Assembly (NCBI GenBank): GCA_038245905.1
Contig: JBBRRY010000008.1
Coordinates: 32,205-96,204, forward strand
Origin: Thermoanaerobaculia bacterium
GTDB lineage: Bacteria > Acidobacteriota > Thermoanaerobaculia > UBA5066
Length of the DNA: 64,000 nucleotides
Direction of reading: 5' to 3'
Every line of letters starts with the position of its first letter. Position 1 is the first letter of the stretch. Shown piece by piece: positions 29,972 to 39,773 of this stretch. Position numbers and translations under genes: made by a program. The notes below the pieces were generated by a model. It was given only the letters and a program-made list of their open reading frames with translations. It made no database searches and was not told where the DNA came from.

Positions 29972-30997
29972 CTACACCGCAGCCTTTTTCGCCGCGGGCG
30001 CCGGCTCGGGAGCGTCCGGGAACGGGTTCACCTTGTTCTCGACGGGAGGAAGGGTCTTGAGGAAGTCGTAGAGCATTCCGAGATCGTCCTCCGTGAGGCC
30101 TGACAGCGAAAGCCACGGCATGACGGTGTTACGACCCTTCGGCGCGATCGGGGCGTTCTCCGCCGTGATCGACGCGAACGACTTGAAGCGGCCGATGAAC
30201 TCGGCCTTCGTCGCCTGGCCGAGATATCCGTCCTTGTGCGGCGTGAGGTTGGGCGTCACGTTGCGCCCCCACGGGCCCTTCATCTCCCATCCGCCCGTGA
30301 ACTCCCGGCCCTTGATCGGCTTGCCGTGGTCGTCGTGGGGCGTGTGGCAGCCGATGCAGCCGCCGACCACGGCAAGGTAGCGGCCGTAAGCGAGCCCGTC
30401 CTTCGGGGCCGGGGCGGTCACGGGCCCCTCGAGGGGTTTCGGGACGCCCTTGATCAGGAGGTTCACGGGGAAGTCGAGCTTCTTGACCGGGACCGCGTGC
30501 GCGACCGCCGGAAGCGTGCGGAGGTAGACGACGACCGACTTCGCGTCCTCGTCGGAGAAGTTCCGGTATTCCTCGTACGGCATCATCGGGAAGAGCGCGT
30601 TCCCATCCCTGTCGACGCCCTCGCGGATCGCGCGCAGGACCTCCCCGTCCGACCAGTTCCCGAGCCCGTTCACGGGGTCGGCCGTGATGTTCTGGGCGCA
30701 GACGACGCCCGGGACGGCGAAGTCCTTGCCGAACGGCAGGCCGCCCTGCCCGGCCGTCCCCGGCTTGCGCGGGACACCGAAGCGATCGGCCTGGAGGTCG
30801 GAGTGACACGTGAGGCAGTTGCACACGTGCTCGACGAGATACGTGCCGCGCGCGAGGCGCGCGGGCGTCCGTTCAATGCGTTCGGCCGAAGCCGGGCGTT
30901 GCGCGGGGCGACGAAGCGCGAGAGCCGCCACTGCAATGCCGACGAGGACGGCGAGGCCGAAGGCCGCGTACAAGACCAGCCGCACGATTCTTTTCAT
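29972..30997 (-). CDS. Membrane-anchored di-heme cytochrome c
   Basis: CLTCH and CIGCH heme motifs; NITAD..GLG and MMPY. Confidence 0.9.
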   Translation of the reverse strand: MKRIVRLVLYAAFGLAVLVGIAVAALALRRPAQRPASAERIERTPARLARGTYLVEHVCNCLTCHSDLQADRFGVPRKPGTAGQGGLPFGKDFAVPGVVCAQNITADPVNGLGNWSDGEVLRAIREGVDRDGNALFPMMPYEEYRNFSDEDAKSVVVYLRTLPAVAHAVPVKKLDFPVNLLIKGVPKPLEGPVTAPAPKDGLAYGRYLAVVGGCIGCHTPHDDHGKPIKGREFTGGWEMKGPWGRNVTPNLTPHKDGYLGQATKAEFIGRFKSFASITAENAPIAPKGRNTVMPWLSLSGLTEDDLGMLYDFLKTLPPVENKVNPFPDAPEPAPAAKKAAV

Positions 30998-31015
30998 GAG
31001 GCGGGGATTATGGCG

Positions 31016-31774
31016 CTAGACGTCGTCGCAGTCCTCATCCTCGAACAGGTTCCGCTGGTGCCGGCTCGCGCGCCGCGCGGGAGCCGGCGGCCCGGGCAGG
31101 GGCGGCGCCGACGGCTCCTGTACGGACGGATCATCCACCTGGGACGAATTGAGCCGCGGCGAAACCACGTAGGACTCGAGCGCGCCCGGCGGAAGCGCGT
31201 GGAGCAGCTCTTGGAGGCGCTCGGCGTCCTCGGGGCCGGCGTCGAGCCAGAGGTCCTCGGCGCCTCTCTCGAGGATGACTGGCATCCGGTCGTGCACGGG
31301 CGCCACGTCGGCGCTCGCGTCCGTCGTCAGGAGCGCGAACGTCCGCAGCGGAGGCCCCTCAGGCGATTGCCACTCATCCCACAGCCCCGCGATCGCGAAG
31401 AGCTCACGGGACTTCGCGCGGAAGGCGAACGGGATCGACTCCGGGCCGCGGCGCCTCCATTCGTAGAAGCCGTCCGCGGGCACGAGGACTCGCCGGCGGC
31501 GAAAGGACTCGCGGAAGCTGGGCTTTGTCGCCGCCGTCTCGGAGCGCGCGTTGATGGGTCGGCCCGCGTCCGAAGGGTCGCGGACCCACGCCGGGACGAG
31601 GCCCCATCGCATCGGCTCGAGAACCCGCGCCCCCGATTCCGAGAGCCGCACGACCGGCAGGTCCTGTCCGGGCGCCGCGTTCCATCGGGGACGGAGCGGC
31701 GCCGGCTCACCACGGACACGAAACCGCGAAATCAGGGCGTCGGCGGGCGACGTGATCCAGTACCGGCCGCACAT
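31016..31774 (-). CDS. SOS response-associated peptidase (SRAP/YedK/HMCES family)
   Basis: MCGRY N-terminus, INARSET, GFYEW and HDRMP. Confidence 0.93.
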   Translation of the reverse strand: MCGRYWITSPADALISRFRVRGEPAPLRPRWNAAPGQDLPVVRLSESGARVLEPMRWGLVPAWVRDPSDAGRPINARSETAATKPSFRESFRRRRVLVPADGFYEWRRRGPESIPFAFRAKSRELFAIAGLWDEWQSPEGPPLRTFALLTTDASADVAPVHDRMPVILERGAEDLWLDAGPEDAERLQELLHALPPGALESYVVSPRLNSSQVDDPSVQEPSAPPLPGPPAPARRASRHQRNLFEDEDCDDV

Positions 31775-31801
31775 CGGCGCATTGTGCCGCGTTCTTGGGT
31801 C

Positions 31802-33244
31802 TCAGCCCACGGCGGCGGCCGGCGGTGTGAGCCGGGTTCCCTCGGGATCGCTCGCGGGCGCGGGCCCCGGGACCGAAGCGATTCTTCCGGACTGCCCTCC
31901 GTTGCGATTCCACCAGCGCTCGGCGTCCGCCCGGTTCCAGGGCTCGGGCAGGAGAAGCTCCGCGAGGCGCGCATCCAGGGCTCGGGCGCTCTGAGGTCTG
32001 TCGTCGGGCTCCTTCGCGAGACAGTCCATGAGGACGCGCTCCAGGCCCGGAGGAATCGGCATGGTGACCCGGCGCGACGGCGGGATCGGGATCGTCGACG
32101 CATGGTCGTGAATCGTCTCGAGTGCGGTCGCCCTCTCGAAGACGGGCAGGCCCGTGAGCAGCGTGTACGCGACGGCTCCGAGCGCGTAAAGATCGGTGCG
32201 GCCGTCCACGGCACGCCCGAGCGCCATCTCCGGCGGCATGTAGGCGGGCGTCCCCGCGAGGAGGCCGCTCTGCGTGAGGTCCGCCCCCGACGCGGCGAGC
32301 GTCTTCACGAGGCCGAAGTCGAGCACTTTCACGAAGTCGGGGTCGCCTCCGTAACGGCTCAGGAAGACGTTGCCCGGCTTGACGTCGCGGTGGACCAGAC
32401 CCGCGGCATGGGCCTCGGCCAGCGAGTGGCAGACCTGGCGCAGCACGTGGACGACGCGTCCCGGCGACAGAGGGCCGAATCGGCGAACGACCTCGTCGAG
32501 TGTGAAGCCTTCGAGGAGCTCCATCACGTAGTAGAACGCTCCGTCGTCCGAGCGCCCGAAGTCGTAGAGCTGCACGGTGTGCGGCGAGCGGAGCCCGGCC
32601 GTGACCTTCGCCTCGCGCTCGAAGCGCGCCATCAGCTCGCGCCCCGAATGGTCCGTGCCGCCGCGCACGAGCTTGATGGCGGCGTCCCGCACGAGCATCC
32701 GGTGCTCGGCCCGCCACACCTCGCCCATTCCACCTTGCCCGAGAAGCGACACGAGACGGTAGCTGCCAAGCTCCTCCGCGCGCCCTGCCTCCGCTGTGAG
32801 GGCGTAGACGATGCGGGAGCCGACGATCCCGATCACGCATGCGATCGCCGTCGGCAGGAACATCGCGATCGCCGCGTCGGCGCCCGGCGCCGGCTGCTGG
32901 CCGAGGCTGATCGCGACGAGGAGGCCCAGCGGGTCCATGAGCGCCGTCGCGATCGTCGCGAGCGCGGTCTTCCCACGCGTCGAGGGAACGAGGAGCGGAA
33001 AGGCCATGAGCCAGACCGCGACCGAGGACCAGCCCTTCGGCGGCGCGCCCGTTCCCAGCGGCAGGGAGTGGAACTCGATCGCGAACGGCAGGCCCATCGC
33101 CACTTCGAAGACGAGCGCGCGGTCGAGGATCTCGGCAGGATCCAGTCCGGCGCGCCGCGTGAGCGCGAACGTCCCCACCGACGCCACGATGCTGGCCACC
33201 TCGCCGAAGAGCACGACGTCGGCGTAGGAGGGCCCTATTCTCAC
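31802..33244 (-). CDS. Membrane-anchored Hanks-type Ser/Thr protein kinase
   Basis: About 4-5 N-terminal TM helices, LGQGGMGEVW, AIK, HRDVKPGN, DFG and GTPAYMPPE. Start uncertain. Confidence 0.88.
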   Translation of the reverse strand: MRIGPSYADVVLFGEVASIVASVGTFALTRRAGLDPAEILDRALVFEVAMGLPFAIEFHSLPLGTGAPPKGWSSVAVWLMAFPLLVPSTRGKTALATIATALMDPLGLLVAISLGQQPAPGADAAIAMFLPTAIACVIGIVGSRIVYALTAEAGRAEELGSYRLVSLLGQGGMGEVWRAEHRMLVRDAAIKLVRGGTDHSGRELMARFEREAKVTAGLRSPHTVQLYDFGRSDDGAFYYVMELLEGFTLDEVVRRFGPLSPGRVVHVLRQVCHSLAEAHAAGLVHRDVKPGNVFLSRYGGDPDFVKVLDFGLVKTLAASGADLTQSGLLAGTPAYMPPEMALGRAVDGRTDLYALGAVAYTLLTGLPVFERATALETIHDHASTIPIPPSRRVTMPIPPGLERVLMDCLAKEPDDRPQSARALDARLAELLLPEPWNRADAERWWNRNGGQSGRIASVPGPAPASDPEGTRLTPPAAAVG

Positions 33245-33314
33245 ACTCGATCGGGAACGCCTACTCGGACGAGATCCTCCACGCCGCGCGACTGAAAACC
33301 GGTTGCGGACGAGA

Positions 33315-33972
33315 TCAGCCGCCCGCCGTCCACTCGTAGTCGCGCACGCCCGCCGCGCGCCACGCGACGAACGCGGCAACGAGGATCGTCCCGATTCCGC
33401 CCGAGACGACCGCGAAGCTGGCGCCCGCCGCCGCGGAGACGAAGAGGCTCGCGACGAAGCCCGCCTCGAGCTCGCCGAGCTGCGGGCCGCCCATGAAGAA
33501 GATCATGTTCACTCCCGTCATCCGGCCGCGGAGACTGTCCGGCGTCACGAGCTGGCGCACCGTCTGGCGGACGACCGTGGAAATCGTGTCCGACAGCCCG
33601 ACGAGCGCGAGCGCGCCGAACGTAAGCCAGAAGCCGCGCGAGAGCCCGAACACGATCGTCGCGGCGCCGTAGGCCGCCACGGCCCAGAGAAAGACGCGTC
33701 CCTGCCGGCGGGGCAGGCTGTGCACGGAAGTCCAGACGGACGCGGCGAGCGCGCCGATTCCCGGCGCGGCGCGCAGCCAGCCGTAGCCGGCCGGCCCCGC
33801 CTTCAGGACCTGGTCCGCGAAGATCGGGAGGAGCGACATCGCACCCGCGAAGAACGTCGCGAAGAAGTCGAGCGTCATCGTCCCAGCCCACGAGCGACAC
33901 GAGCATCGAAATCGCCATGCGGCGGAAATCGCGATGTTTCAGAGCGTGGTAGGGCTTGTGGCCGGTCCTCAC
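33315..33972 (-). pseudogene. MFS transporter (EntS/DUF894-like) with internal deletion and frameshift
   Basis: N-terminus YHALKHRDFRR..SLVG in one frame abuts the C-terminal half TLDFFATFF..LRGRM..GGPQLGELEAG in another frame near 33880. Confidence 0.78.
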
Positions 33973-34009
33973 AACCGGGGAGTGTAGCGGCGCGTATACG
34001 ATGTCCCGC

Positions 34010-34309
34010 ATGGGTAAGAAGCAGAAATCCGCCTACGCCCTTGCAATGGAAAAGCTGGAGGCTGCCGACCGCGAGTCGGGCGTCAAGGAGACGCCGCTCT
34101 CCAACGCCCAGAAAGAGGCGATTGGCGAGGCCCGGCGTATCGCGGCGTCACGCCTCGCCGAGCGGGAGATCCTTTTCCGCGACGGGATCGGGAAATACGT
34201 AGATCTGGCCGAACGCGACAAGGCCGAGGAGGAGTACCGGATCGACCGGCAGCGGATCGAGGACGACCGCGACCGGTCCATCGAATCGATCCGCCGCGGC
34301 TCCCGCTGA
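34010..34309 (+). CDS. Conserved hypothetical helical protein (KSAYxLAME motif)
   Basis: Charged coiled-coil composition; TACGAT 7 nt before the ATG. Confidence 0.75.
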   Translation: MGKKQKSAYALAMEKLEAADRESGVKETPLSNAQKEAIGEARRIAASRLAEREILFRDGIGKYVDLAERDKAEEEYRIDRQRIEDDRDRSIESIRRGSR

Positions 34310-34333
34310 GGCCGGCATCGAGGCTCTAACGCG

Positions 34334-35161
34334 TCAGACGGTCTTCAGCCAGTCCGACACGTCGGCGACCATCCGGTCCCACGACGGGGAAACGTAGAGG
34401 ACGGGCTGGTACTGCGTGGGGTCGTAAGGCCGCGTCGAGGCGTCGGCGAAATCCAGCGGGCGGAGCTCGGCTTCCTTCGTCATCCGCTCCATCTCGCCGA
34501 ACGACGAGAGGGCGCCTGCGCCGTACGTCCTGAAGGCGCCGCCCTCTTCCACGAGCCCGAACTCGAGCGTGTACCAGTACACGAGCTCGAGCCGCCTCAT
34601 CCCCTCGTCCGTCGCCCGCCTCGCGGACTCGCCGAAGAGCCGTGACAGTCGGACGATGTCCGGATGAAAGAGGCTGGCCGCGTGCCCGACGAGCTCGTGG
34701 ATGACGTCGGGCTCCGGCGTGTAGAAGGGCACCGAGTGGTGGCGCATGTACTGCGTCGACAGGAAGACGCCTTGCGCCATCGCCGAGAGGAAGCCGCGGC
34801 CCTGAATGAGCCCCGCGACGGGGAGCATCCGGAAGCCCGAGCGCTCGAGCGTGACGTTCACGTCCGCGAGCTGCGGAACGCGCATGCGGTCGAGGGTGAG
34901 GACCTTCGAGCTCTCGATCCACTCCCGGCAGGCGTGCGTCTCGTGGAGAGGACCGAGACGCTCCCACGTGAGCTTCCACACGGCCTGCTCCTCGGGCGTG
35001 TAGTCCACGCGCGGGAGCGGGTCGCCGGACTTGTACGAAAGTGCGTGCCGGGCGATCTCGTTGCGCCGGGCCCGGTAGACGGGATCCTTGAAGCCCGGGT
35101 GGTCCGGGTCGAGGCGGACGATCTCGCCTTCCTGAGCGAGGACTTCGGACAGCTCTTTCAC
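34334..35161 (-). CDS. phhA: Phenylalanine 4-monooxygenase
   Basis: DHPGFKDPVYR, YTPEPDVIHELVGH, YWYTLEFG and YGAGALSS. Confidence 0.93.
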   Translation of the reverse strand: MKELSEVLAQEGEIVRLDPDHPGFKDPVYRARRNEIARHALSYKSGDPLPRVDYTPEEQAVWKLTWERLGPLHETHACREWIESSKVLTLDRMRVPQLADVNVTLERSGFRMLPVAGLIQGRGFLSAMAQGVFLSTQYMRHHSVPFYTPEPDVIHELVGHAASLFHPDIVRLSRLFGESARRATDEGMRRLELVYWYTLEFGLVEEGGAFRTYGAGALSSFGEMERMTKEAELRPLDFADASTRPYDPTQYQPVLYVSPSWDRMVADVSDWLKTV

Positions 35162-35222
35162 GCTCGCGCGCTCCCCTCATCGCATCGTAATGCGAAAGCC
35201 GGGCCGGCGGCAGAGTCTCCCG

Positions 35223-38200
35223 TCACCGGGTCATCGGAATGTACGAGCCGTCGGAGTTGTGCTGGTCGTTGAGAACGCCATACGCGGCCCAACGCGACGA
35301 GCCGGAGAGTCTCTCGATCTTCGCCGTGCCCGCCGCGGCGCCGCGCGAAGAGAGCGGCTGATTGAACTGCTTCCACTCCCCCGGCGCGAGCGCCGCCGTA
35401 TCCGGGCTCGCGAGGACGCCGCCGTCGGCACCGTAGTACGTCACGCGCAGCGTGATCGTGTCCGCCGCGTCGCCGCGATTGACGATCGCGAGATTCGAGC
35501 GCTGGACGGCGTTCTGCTGCAGTCCGTTGACGTACGCGAGCGCTGTCGCGCTCTCGCCGAGAGTTAGCCCCGGATAGAACAGGCCGAAAGTGCCGCCGCC
35601 CGCCGCGTTCGTGAACGTGCGCGCGCCGGCTGCGAGGGAAGAGGCGGGCGTCCCCGGCGGCGCCTTGACGAGGAGTGACCCACCAACACTGTTTGTCGGA
35701 ATCGGAAGTCCGAGACTTCTTAGAAAGGCCATCGAGTCGGGCAGGATCTTCTGTTCGCCGGGCTGAAGCGTCAGCGGCACGGAGCCCGACCCGGCCGCGG
35801 AAAGCTGGGGCGAGCCCGTGTATGTCAGCGTGAGTGTCATCGGCTGACTGGCGAGGTTGGTCAGCGTGAGCTCGCTCTGGTACCCCGCCGTCGAGAGCAC
35901 GATCGGCACGAGCCGGTCAGCTCCCGTCGCGTCTCCGGGCACGAGTGGCGGGACGAACGAGCCGTCCGACGTCACGGCGTCGTTGAGAACGCCGTAAGCC
36001 GTAAATGGTGAAGCACCCGCGACGCGTGTGACGACGGCTCTTCCCGACGCCGCCTGCCCGAGCAGCGGCTGATTGAGCTGCGTCCAGCCGAAGCCCGCCA
36101 GCGTCTGATCCGCCGGGCTCGAAAGGGCCTCGCCGTTCGGACCCTGGAGCGTCACACGTAATGTCACGGCGTCCGGGCCGGCATTGACGAGGGCCAGGTT
36201 CGAGCGCTGCGCGGCGTTCTGCTGCAGGCCGAAGATCGTCGCAGTCGTCGTGGAGCTGGCCGCGCCCGTGTAGAAGAGGCCGAATGTGCCGCCCGCGCCC
36301 GGCGTCGAAGTGCGGCCGCCGATGAAGACGTCGGAAGGAGAGGAGGCGCCCTGGAAGAGGGCGCGGAGCGTGCCGATCTGGGAGCTGCCGTCGCTCGGGA
36401 TCGCGAGGGCGCTCTGCCGCAGGAAGAGGATGGTGTCGGGGACGACGCGCAGCTCTCCCGCGGCAAGCGTGAGTTGCGCGTATCCGCTCCCGGCGCCGGC
36501 AGAGGCGGTGTACTGAAGGAGAACCGTGACGGGGACGGAGGCTTTCGAGCCGAGCGTGAGCTCGGTCGTGTAGTGAGTCCCGCCCGTTCCTCCCGCATCG
36601 AGGACGACGGGCAGGAGCTGTTCGGGGCCTCCCGTGAAGGCGGGTGCGCGCACGGTGACGATGAGGGTCGCCGTCGAGACGAGGCCCAGGGCGTCGCGGA
36701 CTTTCAACGTGACGACGTAGCTGCCGGGAGCGCCGAAGGCGTGGGTGACCGGGCTGCCCGTGCCGGACGTGCCGTCGCCGAAGTCCCATGCCACGGTCGT
36801 CGGGTCGTTCGGGTCCACCTGCGTCACGTTCGCGACGAAGCTCACCGGCGCTCCGGCGTCGAACGCGTTCCCTCCGAGCACGGGCGCGATCACGGCGGCA
36901 GGCGTGGAATCGCCGGTCGGAGCCCACGCGGAGAAGACTTCGGTGTTCGCGGCGGAATCGTCGGTCCACATGACGAGGAGGTTGCCCAATGCGTCCACGA
37001 CGCCCGCGGGGTTCGTCGAGACGCCCGGGTTCGCGGACAGGTTCAAGGGCGCGCCAAAGGTCTTCCCGCCATCGGCGGAGTGCGCGTAGAAGACGTCGGT
37101 CTGGTCGTTGCCGCTGTCGTCCTGCCAGACGATGGACACTCCGCTCCTGGCGTCGGCAGCGAGGAACGGGAACATGCTCTGGCCGTCGTTATTCGAGACA
37201 TTGACCGGCGTGGAAAACGTCGATCCGCCGTCCGTGGATTTCCGGACCATGACCTCGCGGTTCAGACCGGTCGCCGTGCTGTAGCGGTTGTAGAACGTGA
37301 GGTACACGGCGTCACTCTTGTCCACGGCCACGCGGGGCGCGAAGGCGTCCACGCCCGTCTCCGAGACCGTCTTCCTCACGGAAAACGTCGTCCCGCTTGG
37401 CGCGATGGCCATTCGGCAGGTGGAGACGGGTCCCGAGGTGACGGCGGACGTCGTCCACACGAGGTAGGCGGCTCCCTTCGAATCGAACGCGAGCGAGAGG
37501 GGCTGGAGCGGGTTGATGCTGTTTTCGTTCAGGAGGGGCTGCATCGTTCCGAAGGTCGCGCCGCCGTCGACCGACCGGACCGCGTTCACGGCGAGAAGGC
37601 CGCTCGTCGGATCCTGGTCGAAAAAGGCCACCACGACATTCCGATTCGCGTCCACCGCGATCGCCGGGAGGTCCGCGTTGCGGCCCGCCACGCTGACCCT
37701 GGCCGGCGGCTGGAACGTGGCGCCGTGGTCCGTCGAGCGCGTGACCCAGATCTCTCCCGTCGATCCGTTTTGCGACGTGTACGCGACGTACGGGTTTCCG
37801 GCCGCATCGAGAGCGAGGACGCCACTTGTCGCAGCCGCCGCGTTCGCGGAGACCTTGAGAGGCACCGACCAGGTGATGCCGCGATCCGTCGAGCGCCGGT
37901 AGACCACGTCGTCGCCCGTCACGTTCTGTGTGTCGTCGTCGTGGACGAGGTGGATCGTGCCCGCGGAATCGATCCGCGGCGGGCCCGCGAGGGCCGTGAA
38001 GCCGGGCGACCGGCTGACGTTGAGCGGCAGCGAGGCGGCGCGCGCGGACGGCTGCACGTTCAGGCGCACGTTCGTCTGGCGCGTGGAGGCGGGCCCCGCC
38101 GCCGCGATCGCGAGGAGATACGTCCCGGGCGGCGTCGCGAGAGACGCGGACACGGTGAGCCGCGAGGGCTGGCCCGCCGCCACGTTCGTGCTCGAGAACG

Positions 38201-39761
38201 CGAAAGAAAGATTAGACGTCACACCGGAGACGGGCGGAGACACCGAGAGCGAGAGCGCGCCTGAAAAACCGTTCACGGCGGAGGTCACGAGGTCGAACGT
38301 CGCGGACTCGCCGCCGCGGACGGACGCGTAAACCTGACGCGCGGAGACGTTGAAGTCCGGCCCGGCCGTGACCGTCGAGGGAAAGAACGCGTAGTAGACG
38401 TCGGGATCGCTGCCGCGCTCGTCACTCCAGGAAAGATGGAAGTTTCCCGAATCGCCCGCGAGCCCGTCGTAGTCGCCGTGATAGCTCCCGAGCGCGCTGG
38501 GGCCGAAGACCCAGTTGTGATCGGTGACGCGCACGTTGCGGCCGAACGTGACGCCGCCGTCGGCCGAGACCGTCATGTAGACGTCCGTCAGGCTGTCGTT
38601 CGCGGGGTCGTTGCGCCGATCCCACCACTTGACGGCGACGCGCCCGTCCTCGGTCGCGGCGATAGACGGCGACCACTGGCTCGTCGCGGTCGCGTCGTCA
38701 TTGAGGCGCACCGGCGCGCTGAAGTTGATCCCGCCATCCGTGGAGCGCACGTAGAAAATGTCCGAGCGATCCACGGCCTGTCCCGGGGACACCGCCGCGT
38801 AAACGAGATGCCACGTGCCGTTCCGGTCCACGACCGTCGCCGGGAAGCTCTCGGCGCGCACGCCGTTGCCTCCCGTGAGCATGCTCGCGACCGGCGTGAA
38901 GAGGACGGCCGCTTTCGGTGTCGAGAACGTCACGCCTCCGTCGACGGATTTCGTCAGTGTGATTCCAGTGCCCCCGAGATGGCCGTCGCGGTACGAGACG
39001 AAGACCTCGCCGTTCGGTCCGATCGCAATCGAGGAGTCCTGCACGACCTGCGAGCCGTCGAGCGCCGAGAGCGCCTGGGCGGTGCCGAAAGAACGTCCTC
39101 CATCCGCGGAGCGGGCGACGAGAATGAAAGCGCCACCGTAGAGCGTCGAGAAATCCGTCCACGACACGTAAACGTTTCCCCGGAACTTCGAGGATGAGTT
39201 GTCGACCGCGAGCCCGTTCTGGTCCTGGGTGTCGTAGACGTTTGCGGCGGTGGTGCTCGCTTCGGCGCATGTCCACGAGACCGCCGTGTCCGTGGACACG
39301 CACGCGGAGATGACGCTGGCGCCATCGCTCGCCGTCGCGAGCGTCGCGTAGTACATCTCGCCGTTCGGACCGAACGCCACGGCCGGATGCCCGAGATTCT
39401 GGCCGCCCGGGAGCTCAGGGAGACTCCCGTGCTGGAACGTGCTGCCACCGTCCACGGACAGGCCGTAACCGGAACCCTGGACGAGATTGGCGTCGTTGAA
39501 GCCCACGATCACGCGGCTGTCGCGGGCGGCCACCGACGACTCGCTGTTCGTGTGCCCGTCGACGTCGGCCGACGGGTTGTTCACCCGCACGTTCTGGCCG
39601 GCAGTCGACGTGAGCGGCCGGCGAACTCCCCCCGGGAGCGGCGGGGGGAGGCTCGAGGCGCGGATCTTTCCAAACTCCGCTTCGGGCTGCACGGCGCGCG
39701 AGCGCGCGGGGACGAGAAGGAGAGCGAGGATGGCCAGAAGAGCGGACGTTTGGCGTAGCAT
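35223..39761 (-). CDS. About 1510-aa secreted protein: two BNR/Asp-box (sialidase-like) propellers, PKD domain, duplicated C-terminal module
   Basis: Signal peptide, many S-x-D-G-G-x-T-F boxes, WDFGDG PKD motif, two copies of GGTFGLFY..GLQQNA.QRSNLA.VN..AYGVLND..SDGS. Confidence 0.85.
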   Translation of the reverse strand: MLRQTSALLAILALLLVPARSRAVQPEAEFGKIRASSLPPPLPGGVRRPLTSTAGQNVRVNNPSADVDGHTNSESSVAARDSRVIVGFNDANLVQGSGYGLSVDGGSTFQHGSLPELPGGQNLGHPAVAFGPNGEMYYATLATASDGASVISACVSTDTAVSWTCAEASTTAANVYDTQDQNGLAVDNSSSKFRGNVYVSWTDFSTLYGGAFILVARSADGGRSFGTAQALSALDGSQVVQDSSIAIGPNGEVFVSYRDGHLGGTGITLTKSVDGGVTFSTPKAAVLFTPVASMLTGGNGVRAESFPATVVDRNGTWHLVYAAVSPGQAVDRSDIFYVRSTDGGINFSAPVRLNDDATATSQWSPSIAATEDGRVAVKWWDRRNDPANDSLTDVYMTVSADGGVTFGRNVRVTDHNWVFGPSALGSYHGDYDGLAGDSGNFHLSWSDERGSDPDVYYAFFPSTVTAGPDFNVSARQVYASVRGGESATFDLVTSAVNGFSGALSLSVSPPVSGVTSNLSFAFSSTNVAAGQPSRLTVSASLATPPGTYLLAIAAAGPASTRQTNVRLNVQPSARAASLPLNVSRSPGFTALAGPPRIDSAGTIHLVHDDDTQNVTGDDVVYRRSTDRGITWSVPLKVSANAAAATSGVLALDAAGNPYVAYTSQNGSTGEIWVTRSTDHGATFQPPARVSVAGRNADLPAIAVDANRNVVVAFFDQDPTSGLLAVNAVRSVDGGATFGTMQPLLNENSINPLQPLSLAFDSKGAAYLVWTTSAVTSGPVSTCRMAIAPSGTTFSVRKTVSETGVDAFAPRVAVDKSDAVYLTFYNRYSTATGLNREVMVRKSTDGGSTFSTPVNVSNNDGQSMFPFLAADARSGVSIVWQDDSGNDQTDVFYAHSADGGKTFGAPLNLSANPGVSTNPAGVVDALGNLLVMWTDDSAANTEVFSAWAPTGDSTPAAVIAPVLGGNAFDAGAPVSFVANVTQVDPNDPTTVAWDFGDGTSGTGSPVTHAFGAPGSYVVTLKVRDALGLVSTATLIVTVRAPAFTGGPEQLLPVVLDAGGTGGTHYTTELTLGSKASVPVTVLLQYTASAGAGSGYAQLTLAAGELRVVPDTILFLRQSALAIPSDGSSQIGTLRALFQGASSPSDVFIGGRTSTPGAGGTFGLFYTGAASSTTTATIFGLQQNAAQRSNLALVNAGPDAVTLRVTLQGPNGEALSSPADQTLAGFGWTQLNQPLLGQAASGRAVVTRVAGASPFTAYGVLNDAVTSDGSFVPPLVPGDATGADRLVPIVLSTAGYQSELTLTNLASQPMTLTLTYTGSPQLSAAGSGSVPLTLQPGEQKILPDSMAFLRSLGLPIPTNSVGGSLLVKAPPGTPASSLAAGARTFTNAAGGGTFGLFYPGLTLGESATALAYVNGLQQNAVQRSNLAIVNRGDAADTITLRVTYYGADGGVLASPDTAALAPGEWKQFNQPLSSRGAAAGTAKIERLSGSSRWAAYGVLNDQHNSDGSYIPMTR

Positions 39762-39773
39762 CTGCGCCCGAGT

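Noticed and set aside
30236-33295. 1019-aa plus-strand ORF
   Set aside because: Antisense to the cytochrome c, SRAP and kinase genes; no recognisable domain.
33870-33900. Programmed frameshift in the MFS gene
   Set aside because: No slippery sequence, and roughly 200 codons are missing regardless of frame.
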